Positions 44,134 to 57,980 of a stretch of DNA of 64,000 bases are shown piece by piece. The position numbers and the translations under genes were made by a program. The notes below the pieces were generated by a model. That model had not been told where the DNA came from. It made no database searches and saw only the letters and a list, made by a program, of their open reading frames with translations. How positions within the stretch are numbered: the first letter of the stretch is position 1; each line of letters opens with the position of its first letter. The stretch is from assembly GCF_009914755.1 (NCBI RefSeq), contig NC_060933.1. The stretch is one strand, 5' to 3'. The DNA is from the human T2T-CHM13v2.0 reference genome, Homo sapiens.

Positions 44134-45075
44134 TGATAGCGATCAGAGGCAGCCAAATCCCTAGCCAGATAGGGGCAAGTAGCCTGTAAAACCCCACCTC
44201 CAAGCTGAAGACAGTTTGAAGCCTGTAAGCCAAGCTACAAATTAAATCCTTGGACCAGACTGAGAAGTTGTCTTCCTTTTTGGCATGCATCCCTCTGATT
44301 TTTACCCCCTGCTTCACTCTATTTTACATATACCTACCATTTCCTAATTGGATTTCTACACTGTTGTGCCGACTTTTGAGTGGTGTCTTTGCTTTAACCT
44401 TTTTTGCATACTAACAAACCAATCAGAATGCACTCCCCATCCTGTGCCTATATAGACCTCAGACTCAGGTGGTGGAGGAGGAGATGGCCTGACTTCGGGG
44501 AAGAGACAGCATAACTTTGGGGAAGATGACCTGCCTTTCCCATCCTCTCTCCAGCTCCCCTCTCTGCTGACAGCCATTTTCATGGCTCAGTAAAATTCTC
44601 TGCCTTCACCATCCTTCAATCATCCATGTGACCTCATTATTCTTGGACACTAGACAAGAGCTCGGGAACCACCAAGTGCAGGTACCCAAGAAAGGCTGTC
44701 AAACTAGCCCTTTTCTCTAACTGGTGGATGACAGCCACCCTATGTGACAAGGCAAGAGGCCAACTGAGCTGCTAACATGCCACTGTCCATTGGACTGTGA
44801 CACTAAATAAGCACTGTAACACCCACTCTGGGGCTTCAGGGTCATGGGCACCCTCACCTGGGCACCACCACATTCCCCTCAAGGCTATGCACCTGGTCTG
44901 GCTACAGGCCCCACACAGAGCTTTCTTTCTCCTGTGTCAGCACTGAGAGGCTGGCTGGATCCCACACTTGCTTGCTCACATGCTTCCTCCCACAAGCAGT
45001 TGAGCACAGTGGGCTGAGTGGATGAGAAGCATCTGCTGTGAGTCTGGTGAAGGGTCTGACAAAAATCCTGCATCA
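44134..45075 (+). mobile_element. Solo ERV1 LTR, LTR27 family
   Basis: TG...CA termini; exact 4-bp TSD ATAC (44130-44133, 45076-45079); start tgatagcgatcagaggcagccaaatccctag matches LTR27; CCAAT (~44419) then TATA-like ctatatag. Confidence 0.88.
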
Positions 45076-45999
45076 ATACCACACTTCATGCTAATATGAT
45101 GGATGGGAGCTACAAAGGCAAAGGATGCATCATTCAGTTTTTAATCATATTTTGTGGAATTTTGGAATGTAGTAGCAAGTATCCAAACAGATGTAAAAAG
45201 AAGGGGAAAAAGAGTATGGCCCAAGAACATGTTGGGAGACTGGAGCCTGTATAGAAAAGGAAGCAAGTTTTAATGCTAGAAGCAGAAATGATGAGGAAAC
45301 TTTTAAAAACAGAGTGTCAGAGTGTCTCATTTTAAGATTAAAGTTTGGTGAAGCAATGCCATATCCTTCTTATTCTGAAATACTCAAAGTTCCTTTTTAT
45401 TTGAGTCATACTTGAGGAGAAAAGGGGTCATAGTGGTCTTCAACAGGCTGTCATAACATAAAAAGAGATAAAATATTTCTTAAGAAAAAAGAAAGTGAAT
45501 ATTTATAATCTCATGGACTTTCGGACAAAACTTCTTAAAATAATTATTGTTTTGTATCCATTGCCCAGAGTATCCCCTGGCGATATTGAGAGGACTCCTG
45601 TGTTTTCCACGATATGAAAGATAAAGGACAAACCAGTTTTAATTAAATCTTAAAGTACTGAATAGCTTTAAGTAGCTGGAGGGTTTAGGGTCATTGAGGA
45701 GAAAGACACGTCAGTTACATTTGTATTAGTACACCTTAGAGGTATTTTCCAGTAAAGATTTTTTTAGTGGTAAGAGTGAAATCATATTTCACAAGTTGAG
45801 TAGGTGAAAATTGCAGAATGAAAATTTATTCGCTACTCTCTAAGGAGATTCTAAATAGGCTATAAATGGCTTAAAAAGGTGAAGTTTAACTACAGAAAGG
45901 TGCAGCTCAATCAAATTAAACATTTACATTAAAGATAATTTAAGTGATTAATTTATAGGTCATTCTTTTTTTTAAATAGGCATTGCTAATTTATCTTTT

Positions 46000-46500
46000 C
46001 AATATACTTTGGCAATAGAGATGAATGTGGAATGGTTTCTTTTGAGCAATACATTGTACAGAATAAGAAATAGATACATAAGCGAGTGCTTACATAAAAA
46101 AAAAAAAGGTCTCAATGTCCTAGTAATTATGCAGATGCAGAGCATGGTAGTACTGGGGGAAGAGCAACTAATGCTGCATTGAGATGTGAATAAGCCACTC
46201 CCATTAGAGTAGAGTCTTGACAGGAGAAGAAGTGGAAATTCACTGAGCAAGTAGAAAGGAAGACATTTCACGCAGAGGGAACCCACTATGCCAAGAGGAA
46301 GGAAGCCTGTAGAACTCTGACACTTACAGGAAGAAGAAAATAATTTAGTATCAAGAGGGAGTAGTGGTGAAAATGATGTAGGAAAGTTAGGCTGAGACAT
46401 TTCTATAGGACTTTGCGGACTGGGCTGGCAAGTTTGAACTTTACTTTTGGACCACTGAAGTTTGAAGAGGCAAGATGGTAGTGATACATTACACAACTAT
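46000..46500 (-). mobile_element. L2 fragment
   Basis: aggaagacatttcacgcagagggaac...tatgccaagagg...aagtttgaactttac typical antisense L2. Confidence 0.6.
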
Positions 46501-46506
46501 GCTTTA

Positions 46507-46862
<356 letters not shown>

Positions 46863-46954
46863 TTTATATTATAATAATATAAATAATATTTATTCTTATT
46901 ATTATCAATTAAAAAAATAAAATAGCCTTCAAAGATTCAGTGGATTAGAGCTCT

Positions 46955-47260
46955 AGAATTTTATTTATTGCTCATGTAACATGTCTAGATGGGCATTCAG
47001 GTCAGCAGGGCAGCTCACCTCCAAACTATCATGGAGAGCCTCCTTCTATCTTGAGCCTCTGCCATCTTCAGAGGCTGGGTATATTCTGAACCTAGCTGGT
47101 AGAAGCAGAAAGAGAACATGAAGGAGACATACTCCCTCTCCTAAAATGTCCAGTCAAGAATTGGCACATATTACTCTCACTGATATGTCTATAGTAATGA
47201 TGCCATACCTAATTGCAAAGTAAATTAAAGAATGTATTGTTGTTTTATGTTCAGAGTAAA
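46955..47260 (-). mobile_element. MLT1K/L-like old MaLR LTR fragment
   Basis: tttattgctcatg...cctccttctatcttg...ctgccatctt...ggcacatattactctcac...cctaattgcaaag. Confidence 0.5.
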
Positions 47261-48199
47261 AAGACTTAGAGCATGCAGATAAAATTCAAATGTATTACAT
47301 ACACTTAAATAAATATATATGATTTCTGACTAAAGATATCTCATGATTAATGCACTCATTGGTAAGAAAACTAAAATACGGAATATTGAAGATAGATATT
47401 TGAAATTGGTGGCAATAAACTGGAAAAGGTTGGACATCCCTAGCCTTGCTGTACTTAGATAAAGGAGTATTTTCAGTCAAATATTTGCTTAAAATGCAGT
47501 ATATAGATCCTTTCAAACATTTCTCTGAAGGGCCCTTTCATCCAGTGACCTCTGAAAAGGCTTTTGGGCCCTAGCACAAACTTAAAATGAATATGACACA
47601 CTTATAGACTGGGGATGACTCAGGCAAAGGTAAGAGAGCATATGAGTTCACAAGCAGTGAACAGAATGGGCATCTCTTATTTGTGAAAATCAGTGTTTTT
47701 TAGGTGAACTTGAAAACTGCTAAAAAAAAAAAAAAAAAGGAACCATCTTACTTTCTGCCGACAGTATGTGAAATGATGAGAAGATTTTTTAAAAAATAAG
47801 AAAGTAATCTTTTGAAAGAATTTTAAAGTACTGTGGATGGCAGAGTATACAAAAATCCTCTTGACCTGAATAGACACTGAGAAGAAAGCAGTTTCCCCAT
47901 GGAGTCTTTTAGCTATGGAAAATATTTACGAAACAACTCAGTAGTTATATTCTATACGGGTGACAGACCTGACACTAGTTACCTGAGCAAAACCAACTCC
48001 TTTCATCTCCCCATCTTCATTCACCACACTTCACAATACTACCAGCTACCTGTGGTTATCATCTGTAGCAAACTTACCTGATGCATTAGTATCTTTGGGA
48101 TATGCATAGATCTCATATTATATACAATTTAATCTTAAAGAACTGTTTAGCACAATTTGACTTCATAGTAAAAATAGTTATTGCTTTAATTTAAGTCTC

Positions 48200-48860
48200 C
48201 ATTTTCTCTCACTTGTCTTACTAGAGTAACTTAGTACTTGGCTCACTTTATTCCAATTCATTATACACATTACTTCCAGAGTAAATATCCTAACGTATGA
48301 TTTTGATCATTTCACTGCCCAGAATAAAACTTTTCTGTGTCTTTCTATTGCCTACAGGCTATACTCTTCTACACACCATATATATTTCTTTATTATCCAA
48401 ACCCTGACTACCTTTTCTGTTTTACCTCTTCTGCTTTTCCCATTGGTATGTTATGCTACAATTATGCTGAAATATTTTCTCAAATAGACCAGATTCTTTT
48501 CTACTTCTATATGATTATGGATTCTTTTGATTACTCAATTCTTATCCACATTATTAATATAATAGTATCTACATCAACATTTATTTGAAATATCCATTTC
48601 CAGAAAACTTTCTCTGTTCTTTACAGTCTGAATGGGATTCCCCTTCTAGATACTGCCACATTACCAAGTACCTATTTTTCATTGATCTTTTAGGTGCTGC
48701 TATAACTACTGGTTTAACTATCAATCTTCCACTTTAACTTTTAAGCTCTTTGGAGGTGGGGCCTATCCCAGTTTTCTTCCTCTTTTTATGTAGCCCCAGT
48801 ATCTGGTACAGTATATGATATGTAGTACACATTTGATATATATTTGTTGAATGATTTGTG
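48200..48860 (+). mobile_element. L2 3' region
   Basis: taagctctttggaggtggggcct...tagccccagtatctggtacagt...atatttgttgaatga terminus. Confidence 0.6.
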
Positions 48861-50989
48861 TTCAATGTAGTAGATACAGAGATTTGCCTTCATATAAGAA
48901 TTGTTGCCCAGATGTCATCAAACAGCCTCTGGCTGTTTCCTTCAGGATGCACCTTTACCACAGAGAGCTTCCTAAGGACATATCTTTCCTAGTGTGATCT
49001 ACATCCAATGACTCATGAAGCGGTTGTTATAAAGTCCTGGCAAATTGATCTAGGGAGGAATATCCTGATGGACCATGAATCTTCCTTCATGGTGATCACT
49101 GAAGCTTGTTAGGCCTGCAGAGCTGAAGGATTTTTTCCTGCTACTCCATACTGCTTCCATCTCTTTCTTTACACAGATTTTTAGCTCTAATTACTAGTCT
49201 GCCCATGAAACTACATCTTATCCTTTGTATTTGGATAGCACAGCTACAACAGTTGATACCAGGAGTGGTCTCAGAAAGCAGGCAGTGAGATAGAGTTTGC
49301 AAAGTGGATAACTTCACTTGTTCCTGGTTGGAAATGAGGACCTTATCACTACTAGTTGATTGAACTTAGAAAGCCCTTGGCATAAATTCTAATTGTGAAA
49401 ATCTTTACCCGTGGTAAATTGTGATGTTGTATAGGTAGAAGGCCTGTACTAGCTGGTTCTAATTATTAGGAATATCAGAATTACAAGGAAATTATAATGA
49501 TAAGGGCAATGGAATTGGATGGCTAAACACCATTGATACAAAAGAAAAAAAATGCTTCTGGTTATTGGTAGACAGGTAAATGTCAATTTTGAAAGTCAAA
49601 AGATATCCTTGGTAGAATAGAAAGAGGCTTTGAAAGCTGAGGATGAGGATAAGGATTTAAAAGAGAGAGCAAACGCTGGAGAAAGGTGAATGCCTAACCA
49701 ATGCTATGACAATTATAGCATATCAGGGCCTTAGTTATGACAAATAGGGACTGTGTTATTTAATAAAGATATATTTAGGGGATTCCTCACAACATTTTGA
49801 ATTACCTGAACACTTTGATCCTGTTTATCAAGCACTATCACTCTAACTTATTGAAGACAATAAGGAAGGCTCTCCCCCGTAAGAAAACACATATCTCCTT
49901 AGGATCTGCCGCCACCTCTGCTTCTGGCTACTAGACCTAATACTATGATTAAGTTTATCATAGCCCTGTTGAGAACATGCTGAGACTGATAAAGAAAGAA
50001 CGAGCCTGTACCCCAATGAAGGTGTAAGTCCTAATTAGCATGTACCAGCATAGAGTGGAGGAGTATGTACAGATTGGGTTCTGAGGAAGTTTGATCGAGG
50101 GAGATGGGGCAAATAAATCAGCATAAGGGAGAGATTATTGATTAAAATCACTATCTTAAGTTGTAGGATTTAACTGCCTGCTAAGGACTCCCCAAATTCT
50201 CTTAGAAATATGGACAAAAGTCTAGACCATTTATGTGCAGCGAAAATGCCAGAAGTTCCATGGTTGATGGGTTAGCAAAGGACTAAAAGACACAGTGGGA
50301 GATACATCACAGCATTACATCCATGATATGGCCTAGATAATGCATGATTTATTGAAACCCCAAGAAACATGCTGGTGAGAAGGGTGTTAATCATAACTCA
50401 GAAGTCAATGGTGACTCTCATTCCTCAGTGGAAGTAACCATTACAGAATTAGATTAGCTGACAAGAATGGGGATAATAGGATCCCAAAACAATAATGGCA
50501 AAATGCAATGTTTACCTGTCAGAAGATAGATGGACTGAAATTTAATATTAGCAGCATGTTTAAATTGCAGATAAGGACTATAATTTTCTCTATGGAAAGT
50601 TATAGAGATGGGATAATAAACTTAATGCCCCTAGGGGAAAAAGTAAATGGGCAGCCAATAAGGACACTATCAAAACAAAATCAGGGATGAAATATGAGGT
50701 AGCTAGGGAAGTTAATCCCCCAAAAGCAAAAACAAAAGTCCCCCAAATCTTGCCAGTTTTCATACCTAGAACCTATTGACTGAAGATTTTGCTGGGTCTC
50801 CTGGAGGAAGAATTCTGCAATACCGGGGAAAAGACTTCAATAGTAATAATTCTACAAATGTGTCCCCAAAGTTTCCTATAGTTATTTATTTAGATGAATG
50901 TACGCTGGTGAATGAAGGAATATCCAAACTTATTGAAGAATGTTAGTTAAAACATTGAAGTTGATACATGTTGACTTGATGCATCATTA

Positions 50990-51160
50990 TGTCTGTCTCC
51001 CTCTTTTCTTCTAGTAAGGGCATCAATTCCCTTAAGAGGGCTTCATCTTCATGACCTAATTACATCCCAAAGGCCTTTCTTCCTAATACCGTCATATTTG
51101 CAGCTAGAATTGTAACACAGGAATTTGAGGATGGGAAGGCCAAAACATTAAGCTTATAGC
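50990..51160 (-). mobile_element. MLT1A/MSTD-like LTR fragment inside the HERV16 internal region
   Basis: catcttcatgacctaattacatcccaaaggcc...cctaatacc...aaaacattaagcttatagca. Confidence 0.7.
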
Positions 51161-51862
51161 AGCATCCATTGGCACTACCCCTTATTTCAGCCAAAGTAAT
51201 AATTTAAAAGTAATATTATACTCCAAGGGAATGAAAAATAATAGCTCTGTTCTCAAGGATCTAAAATATGCAGAAGTGGTAATCTTCATTTCATTCAACA
51301 GACTAATTGGGTCAGATGAGCAAACAAGTGGCTAGTTCACTGTAGGTTTTGCTAAGATACATGCATTGCAATAAATGATAGATCCCACAAAGATTCAGGA
51401 GCCTTCAACATCCGTACATTTTTTAGGAATTTAGTGATCATTAGCATGCTAGAACATCCATCCCAAAGTAAAGGACAAACAATGGCAGGTTGTAGCTCCA
51501 GTCGTGATTAAGAAAATGTATTAACTGTTAGGCCTCTTCAGGTTTGAGAGCAGTACCTTCTACACTGGGTAATACTGTCCAGGGTAGTACACTATGTGAC
51601 ACAAAACTCTACTAGTGTGAAGTGGGCCCAAAATAGGAAAGAGCTCTGCAGCATATCCATATATGTTCTCATAGACCCTGTGATATTAGAGGTAGCAGTA
51701 CTGCCAGGATTAAATATCTTGTGGAACTCATGGAAAGTGCTTGTGAAATAATCACAACAAAGGCTTCTGGGGTTTTAGAGTAAGGCCATGCTACCTGCAA
51801 CAAAGTATTATAGGCCTTTTGAGAAACAATTTCTAGCATGCTCTGCTGGAGACATAGTTGCC

Positions 51863-54221
51863 TGATATGGTTTAGCTGTGTCCGCACCCAAATCTCATAT
51901 TGAATATAGTTCCCATAATCCCCACTTGTTGTGGGAAGGACCTGGTGGGAGATAATTGAATCATGGGGGAGATTACCCTCATGCTGCTGTTCTCATTATA
52001 GTGAGTGAGTTCTGATGAGATCTGATGGTTTTATAAGGGGCTTTTTCCCCTTTTGCTTGGCACTTCTCTTTTCTACAATTATGTGAAAAAGGACATGTTT
52101 GCTTTCCCTTCTGCCATAATTGTGAGTTTCCTGAGGCCGCCCCAGCCATGTGGAACTTTGAGTTAATTAAACTTCTTTCCTTTATAATTTACTAGGTCTT
52201 GGGTACTCCTTTATAGCAGTGTGAGAATGGACTAATGCAGTAAATTGGTACTGGGTATTGGGGCACTGCTGTAAAGATATTAAACAATGTGGGAGCAACT
52301 TTGGACCTGGGTAACAGGCAGGGGTTGGAACAGTTGGAGGGCTCAGAAGAAGACAGGAAAATTGGGGAATGTTTGGACATTCCTGGAGACTTGTTGAATG
52401 GCTTTGAACAAAATGCTGATAGTTATATGGACTCTGAAATCCAGGCTGAGGCGGTCTCAGATGGAGATGAGGAACTTGTTGGGAACTGAAATAAAGATGA
52501 CTTGCCATGTTTTAGCAAAGAGAGTGGTGGCATTTTGCCCCTGCCCCAGAGATCTGTGGAACTTTGTACATGAGAGACATGATTTAGTGCATCTGACAGA
52601 AGACATTTCTAAGCAGCAAAGCATTCAAGATGTGACTTGGGTGCTGTTAAAAGCATTCAGTTTTATGTATTCACAAAGATATAGTTTGGAATTTGAACTT
52701 GTGTTTAAAAGGGATACAGGGCATAAAAGTTTAGAAAATTTGCAGCCTGATGATGTTATAGAAAAGAAAAACCCATTTTCTGTGGCGAAATTTAAGACAG
52801 TTGTAGAAATCTGCATGAATAATGAGAAGCCAAATGTTAATTGCCAAGACAATGTAAAAAATGTTTCCAGGCCATGTCACAGGTCTTCATGGCAGCACCT
52901 CCCACAACAGGCCCAGAGGCCTAGCAGGGAAAAATGGTTGCATGGGCCAGACCCAGGGCCTTGCTTCCTTGTGCAGTCTTGAGACTTGGTGGCCTGCATC
53001 CAGCCAGTGGCTAGAAGGGGCCTAGGTACACTTTGGTCTGTGGCTTCAGAGAGTGCAAGCCCCAAGCCTTGGCAGTGTCCATGTGGTGCTGAGCATGTGG
53101 GTACAGAGAAGTCAAGAATTGAAGTTTGGGAACCTCTGCCTAAATTTCAGAGGATGTATGGAACTGTCCAGGCAGAAGTTTGCTGCAGGGGCAGAGCCCT
53201 CATGGAGAACCTCTGCAAGGGCAGTGCATAAGGGAAATGTGGAGTTGAAGCCCCAACACAGAGTTCACAGTTGGGCACTGACTAGTGGAGCTGTGAGAAA
53301 AGGGCCACCATCCTTCAGACCCCAAAATGGTAGATCTAGCTAGAGCTTGCACTATGCACCTGGAAAAGCCACAGACACTCAATGCCAGTCCATGAAGGCA
53401 GCTGGGAAGGAGGCTGTACCCTGCAAAGCCACAGGGGTGGAGCTACCTAAAACCATGGGAACCACCTCTTGCATCAGCATGACCTGGATGTGAGACAGGG
53501 AGTCAAGGGAAATCATTTTAGAGTTTTAAGATTTGACTGCCCTGCTGGATTGTGGACTTGTGTGGGGCCTGCAGCACTTTCATTTTGGCCAATTTCTCCC
53601 ACTTGGAGCATGTGTATTTGCCCAATGCCTGTATCCCCATTGTAGCTAGGAAGTAATTAACTTGCTTTTGATTTTACAGGCTCATAGGCAGAAGGGACTT
53701 GCCTTGTTTGAGATGAGATCCTAGACTTGGACTTTTGGGTTAATGCTGGAATTAGTTAAGACTTTGGGGGACCGTTGGGAAGGAAAAATTTTCTTTTGAA
53801 ATGTGATGACATGAGATTTGGGTGGGGCCAGGATTGGAATGATATGGTTTCTCTGTGTTCCCACCAAAATCTCATCTTGAATTATAGTTCCCATAACCCC
53901 ATGTGTCATGGGGGGGACCCAGCGGGAAGTAATTAAATCATGGGAGTGGTTACTGCCATGCTGCTATTCTCATGACAGTAAGTGAGTTCTCTCAAGATCT
54001 GATGGTTTTATAAGCGGCTTTTCCCTCTTTGGCTCAACACTTCTCTTTCCTGTCATTATGTGAAGAAGTTACGTGTTTACTTCCCCTCCTGCCATGATTG
54101 TAGCTTTCCTGAGAAACCTACATGCAGACATGCAGAGCTGTGAGACAGTAAAACCTCTTTCCTTTATAAATTACCCAATCTCAGGCAGTCCTTTATAAAA
54201 GAATGAGAATGGCCTAATACA
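51863..54221 (+). mobile_element. Complete THE1D-like MaLR element (5' LTR 51863-52239, 3' LTR 53840-54221) inserted into HERV16 pol
   Basis: Two LTRs with TG...CA ends; TSD TTGCC/GTGCC; MaLR ORF remnant 52398-52982. Confidence 0.92.
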
Positions 54222-55284
54222 GTGCCTAGTCATGAGATAGCAAGAGACCACTCCACTGAAAGAGTCCCATGATCCCAAGAAGATATTGTCAGGTGTGTAA
54301 ATTTTTATGATTTTTCAGGCATATTCAGCAGCAACTCAGCACAATATGAAAGTCATACCTCTGGAATCAGATATGAATAGAACCAGAGCTCACAAGCAAG
54401 TTGCATAAGCATGTAGGCCAGATCCACATGTTATCCACCACTGTTGCACTAGTACTCCTCTCTCAGCTCCCACCTCTGGCATAGGAAGGACTATTTGACC
54501 AGTGATGGAGGAGGTAAAATCTGAAGCTTTCTTGAAGGATGTGCCAACAATGGATGGCAATTTCACCATAGCCTTACTCAGGAATGGCCTTTAAAATCAA
54601 TGGTGAAATAAAATTCTTCAAATGAACTGCTTTATGCTCTCCATCTGCCAACCTAGTTTGCAAAAAAAGAAAGGTGGCCTGAGGTTAAAATATATATGAT
54701 GTCATGGGCAGTGGCAAGTGGCCTGTGTGACTTGTCATAACTCTGGGAAAAGAAAGTTTGGAATCTGTCCACACTATGTGCATAGGGCAGACAAGGGAGT
54801 GGACACAAAGTGTGATGATCTTTTTATCAATGCACAGCATAAAGCATTCAACAAAGATATAATATGCTAATTGGTTTCAGGGAGCCTCAGTCATTAGCCC
54901 TTCAAGTATTGGCACATTAGCAACATAAGCTGAGTGGACACATTGAGAGAGATGGAGGCTACTTATGGGACCAGTAACATGAGCTCCAACTTACTGACGG
55001 TCATTTAAATATATCTGATACTGAATAACCCATCTCGCAGCAACAGAGACTAATATTTAATGCCCAATATGGCATTATTCCACAAGGAGACCAACTGTCC
55101 ATTTCATGGAGACTTATACAGTTGAACCCTTTGATCCTGGTAGGGCCAAATATTTGTTCTGGTAGGAAATGACAGAAGGCTTGGGTTTCCACAACTTCTG
55201 GGCCTCAGCCAGCACCATGGTCTGAGAGCTTATGGCTAATCCACTGGAATGGAATTCTATGCAATTCCATTGCATAGGAATAGT

Positions 55285-55460
55285 GCAGGGAGCATATATT
55301 GTTTGAATAAGCTGGACAAAGAGATGATCCAAGAAGGGATGGTGCAAAATTTCATTATGTTACTCAGAACAGTGCACAATTTAAAACTTATGAATTATTT
55401 ATTTCTGGAATTTTCCATTTATTATTTACAGTCCATAGTTGGCTATAGGTAACTTAAAGT
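55285..55460. mobile_element. MER82-like (TcMar-Tigger) fragment inside the HERV16 internal region
   Basis: gctggacaaagagatgat...tactcagaacagtgcacaatttaaaacttatgaatt...tttctggaattttccattt matches MER82 as recalled. Confidence 0.75.
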
Positions 55461-57206
55461 GAACAAGCAAAAGAGGTATGAGAGTGAGTCAAGTTACATG
55501 GGACCTACTGGTTGCATGAAATACCATACAACCCATTTGTATTGGCCTGATAGCTTATGAGTATGATCTCCTGAATTTGCAGTTGAAGTGTCAGCTTTGA
55601 GATGATACCATACAAATTAGAGGCACCATCTTTTGGATGTAGTATATACACTGACTCAAAATCCTCATATGTTGCTGTGTATTAAAAAATATATGGATCC
55701 CTATAATTCTGTCTCTGCAGTGCTATGGGTCCGGGTCTGCACATTTGACATACTTCTGCTAGGAAATTCAGCAAAATTCACACTGGACTTAAAAATTAAG
55801 GTGGCCCCCTGAGCACTGCAAGTTCCTTTTCTAAGGACAAAAAGTCAAACAAAGGAATCATCACTTTGGCAGTGGTAACTGATAATAATCACCAGGTTGT
55901 AAGACTACTGTTACTCAATGAGGACAGAGAAAAGTATATGTACATTCAATTGATGTACTACGTTCTCTTGACCAATAATTATAGCACAAAATGGGTAAGT
56001 ACTTGAGAAAGGCATGGCAATCAGAGACTCAAGCCCCTCAGGGATAAAAATCTGATTTCTACCACTAGTAATGTCACTAAGACTAGCAGAGGTGATAGCT
56101 GAGGATAAAGAAAATCTAGAATTGATGGCAATTGATTAAGGCAATAATTGTTGGTTGTGATTCTGAGACCAGTGAAATGCTGCAATGACTAGGGCTGTAG
56201 GTTATTCAACTGACTTACTATTTCCTTGTTTCCCCCACATAGAGGTCCACTGGAATCCTAGAGAAGCTGCACCCTGAATGGATATAAAGAAGTAGACCCA
56301 AGCTAAAAGGGTGGACTGTATTGGACATTGATATTAGTAGTAAGACCCCTCTTTGAGGGAGGAATTACCGCTCTAACAGCATATATCCTCAAATTGTTAA
56401 CAACATCAGCCTTTACTTCAGCTCTAGAAAGCCAATTTGCCCGCGGGTGCTCATTTCCTGGAGTAGCCCATTTTATGACTGATTATGGTGGTTATATAAA
56501 TACAGAGAAATGAAGGTTTGGACATTTCAGTCCAACATATAACACTCTGATGAACTATAAAGCTCCAGAACTCTTGCAGGATTACCCTGCAATATAGTTG
56601 CAGGCTAGACATGTTTATCTCTAATAAATATCCTGCACGCCAAATTTCATCTCAGCCTCTGCTCCTGGAAAACCTAAATAGCAACAAGCAGTATTAACAT
56701 ATAATTGCTATATCAGATATGAAAAACATACTAAAACTTCATTTAGAGACAAATTTTTTGAGCATATCTCAGTTAGTGTCAACTTTAACTTTTATTCTAA
56801 CTCCATACTTCAATATGATATTTATGTGCATATGCTGAAAAAAATAAACAACAAACATAGATGTAGATATAGATATGGAGTTAATAGTTAAAGGTCATGC
56901 CAACTGTGATATGCTTGTATTTGAAGCTTTCCTGAGAAGAAAGAAGGCAAGTGACAGTTTTATCCATTTAAACAAAAAAGTAACACAAATATGTCACATC
57001 TCTAAAGATAATACACGATTACTTCTACTCAGTTGTCATTTGCCTATCCCTGAAAAGTAGGAACCTCATTTCTGCTATTCATGTATTACTACTTATCAGG
57101 AAAATAGAAAATGATGAAACATAATTACATCAAAATTGCCAAGACATACACTGCCAAAGATTATTTAGGGGCTGTGCTTAATATTTGTTTTATGATAGCA
57201 GAAAAA

Positions 57207-57237
57207 AGAAGGAGGAGGAGGAGGAGAAGGAGAAGAA
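57207..57237. repeat. (GAG/AAG)n purine tract
   Basis: Directly visible; encodes the poly-Arg of ORF 57111-57350. Confidence 0.9.
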
Positions 57238-57769
57238 AACCTGTGAAAATATATTTGAATGAAAAATCAGATATCCATGCCGTTTGCTGTGTCATATTAT
57301 TGTTTACTACATTTTGCACTTCTGCAGATAGAAATCCAAGAAGAACCTAGAGGTTGCTAAAGAAAATTAGTATTTCTTATGCTCCAATTTTTGCTTAATT
57401 TTAATTACTTACTTAATTAAAGGCATTTGCCATTTTCTATTTATCAAAGCAAAGCAATGAACAATGCAAATCTAGAACTTACTAACAAAATCAAGTTTTT
57501 CAAAAACTCTTAACTGATATTATTTCATCCACAAACTCTATAATAAAGATGATACAATATAGAGTTTAGAACTTGAGGATTATAAACACTAGCATGGATA
57601 AAAAGTGTTTGATTTTCTTATGGTATCATCCTGTGAAGATATAGACTCATGTGCAGGAACACATGAGCACTAAGCAGTAAAATAGCAAAATGTCAATGAG
57701 GCAGCTGTCTCTCTGACCCCAGCTGCTGCATTAGAGGCATTATTTTAACACTAGGAAAGTAACAACTAC

Positions 57770-57980
57770 AACTGCTAAAATTACCATCTGAATGATTGTC
57801 CCATGTACCACTTGAATATTATTTATCTCAATTTATCATTTAAAATGATCTCTACTTAAAGGATTAGAGAACTGAGGCTTAGAGAATTCAAGTAGCTTCC
57901 TCAAATTCACAACACTAAACAGTAGAAGAGTGGGTAGTAACCTGAGCATTTGGATCTGCCTAACCAGCTTAATATATGAA
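57770..57980 (-). mobile_element. MIR
   Basis: gagaactgaggcttagagaattcaagtagcttcctcaaattcacaacact. Confidence 0.7.

Larger units (their letters stand above)
48866..56686 (+). mobile_element. Degenerate HERV16/LTR16 (ERVL) provirus: 5' LTR 48866-49251, internal 49252-56316, 3' LTR 56317-56686
   Basis: LTR16-like ends (TG...CA); PBS-like TGATACCAGGAGTGG (49254-49268, tRNA-Leu type); pol remnant at ~51378-51550 translating IDPTKIQEPSTSVHFLGI**...KVKDK...LLGLF (ERVL RT); dUTPase-like ~55800-55950; PPT aaaagggtggac before 3' LTR. TSD not recognisable. Confidence 0.8.

Noticed and set aside
49254-49268. tRNA-like sequence
   Set aside because: Only the retroviral primer-binding site; no tRNA gene body.
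52398-52982. 194-aa ORF and similar ORFs at 26094-27298 and 39669-41468
   Set aside because: Frameshifted remnants of the known MaLR internal ORF, not a host gene.
57111-57350. Poly-arginine ORF resembling a protamine or NLS
   Set aside because: Arises from a (GAG)n simple repeat; no other coding signal.
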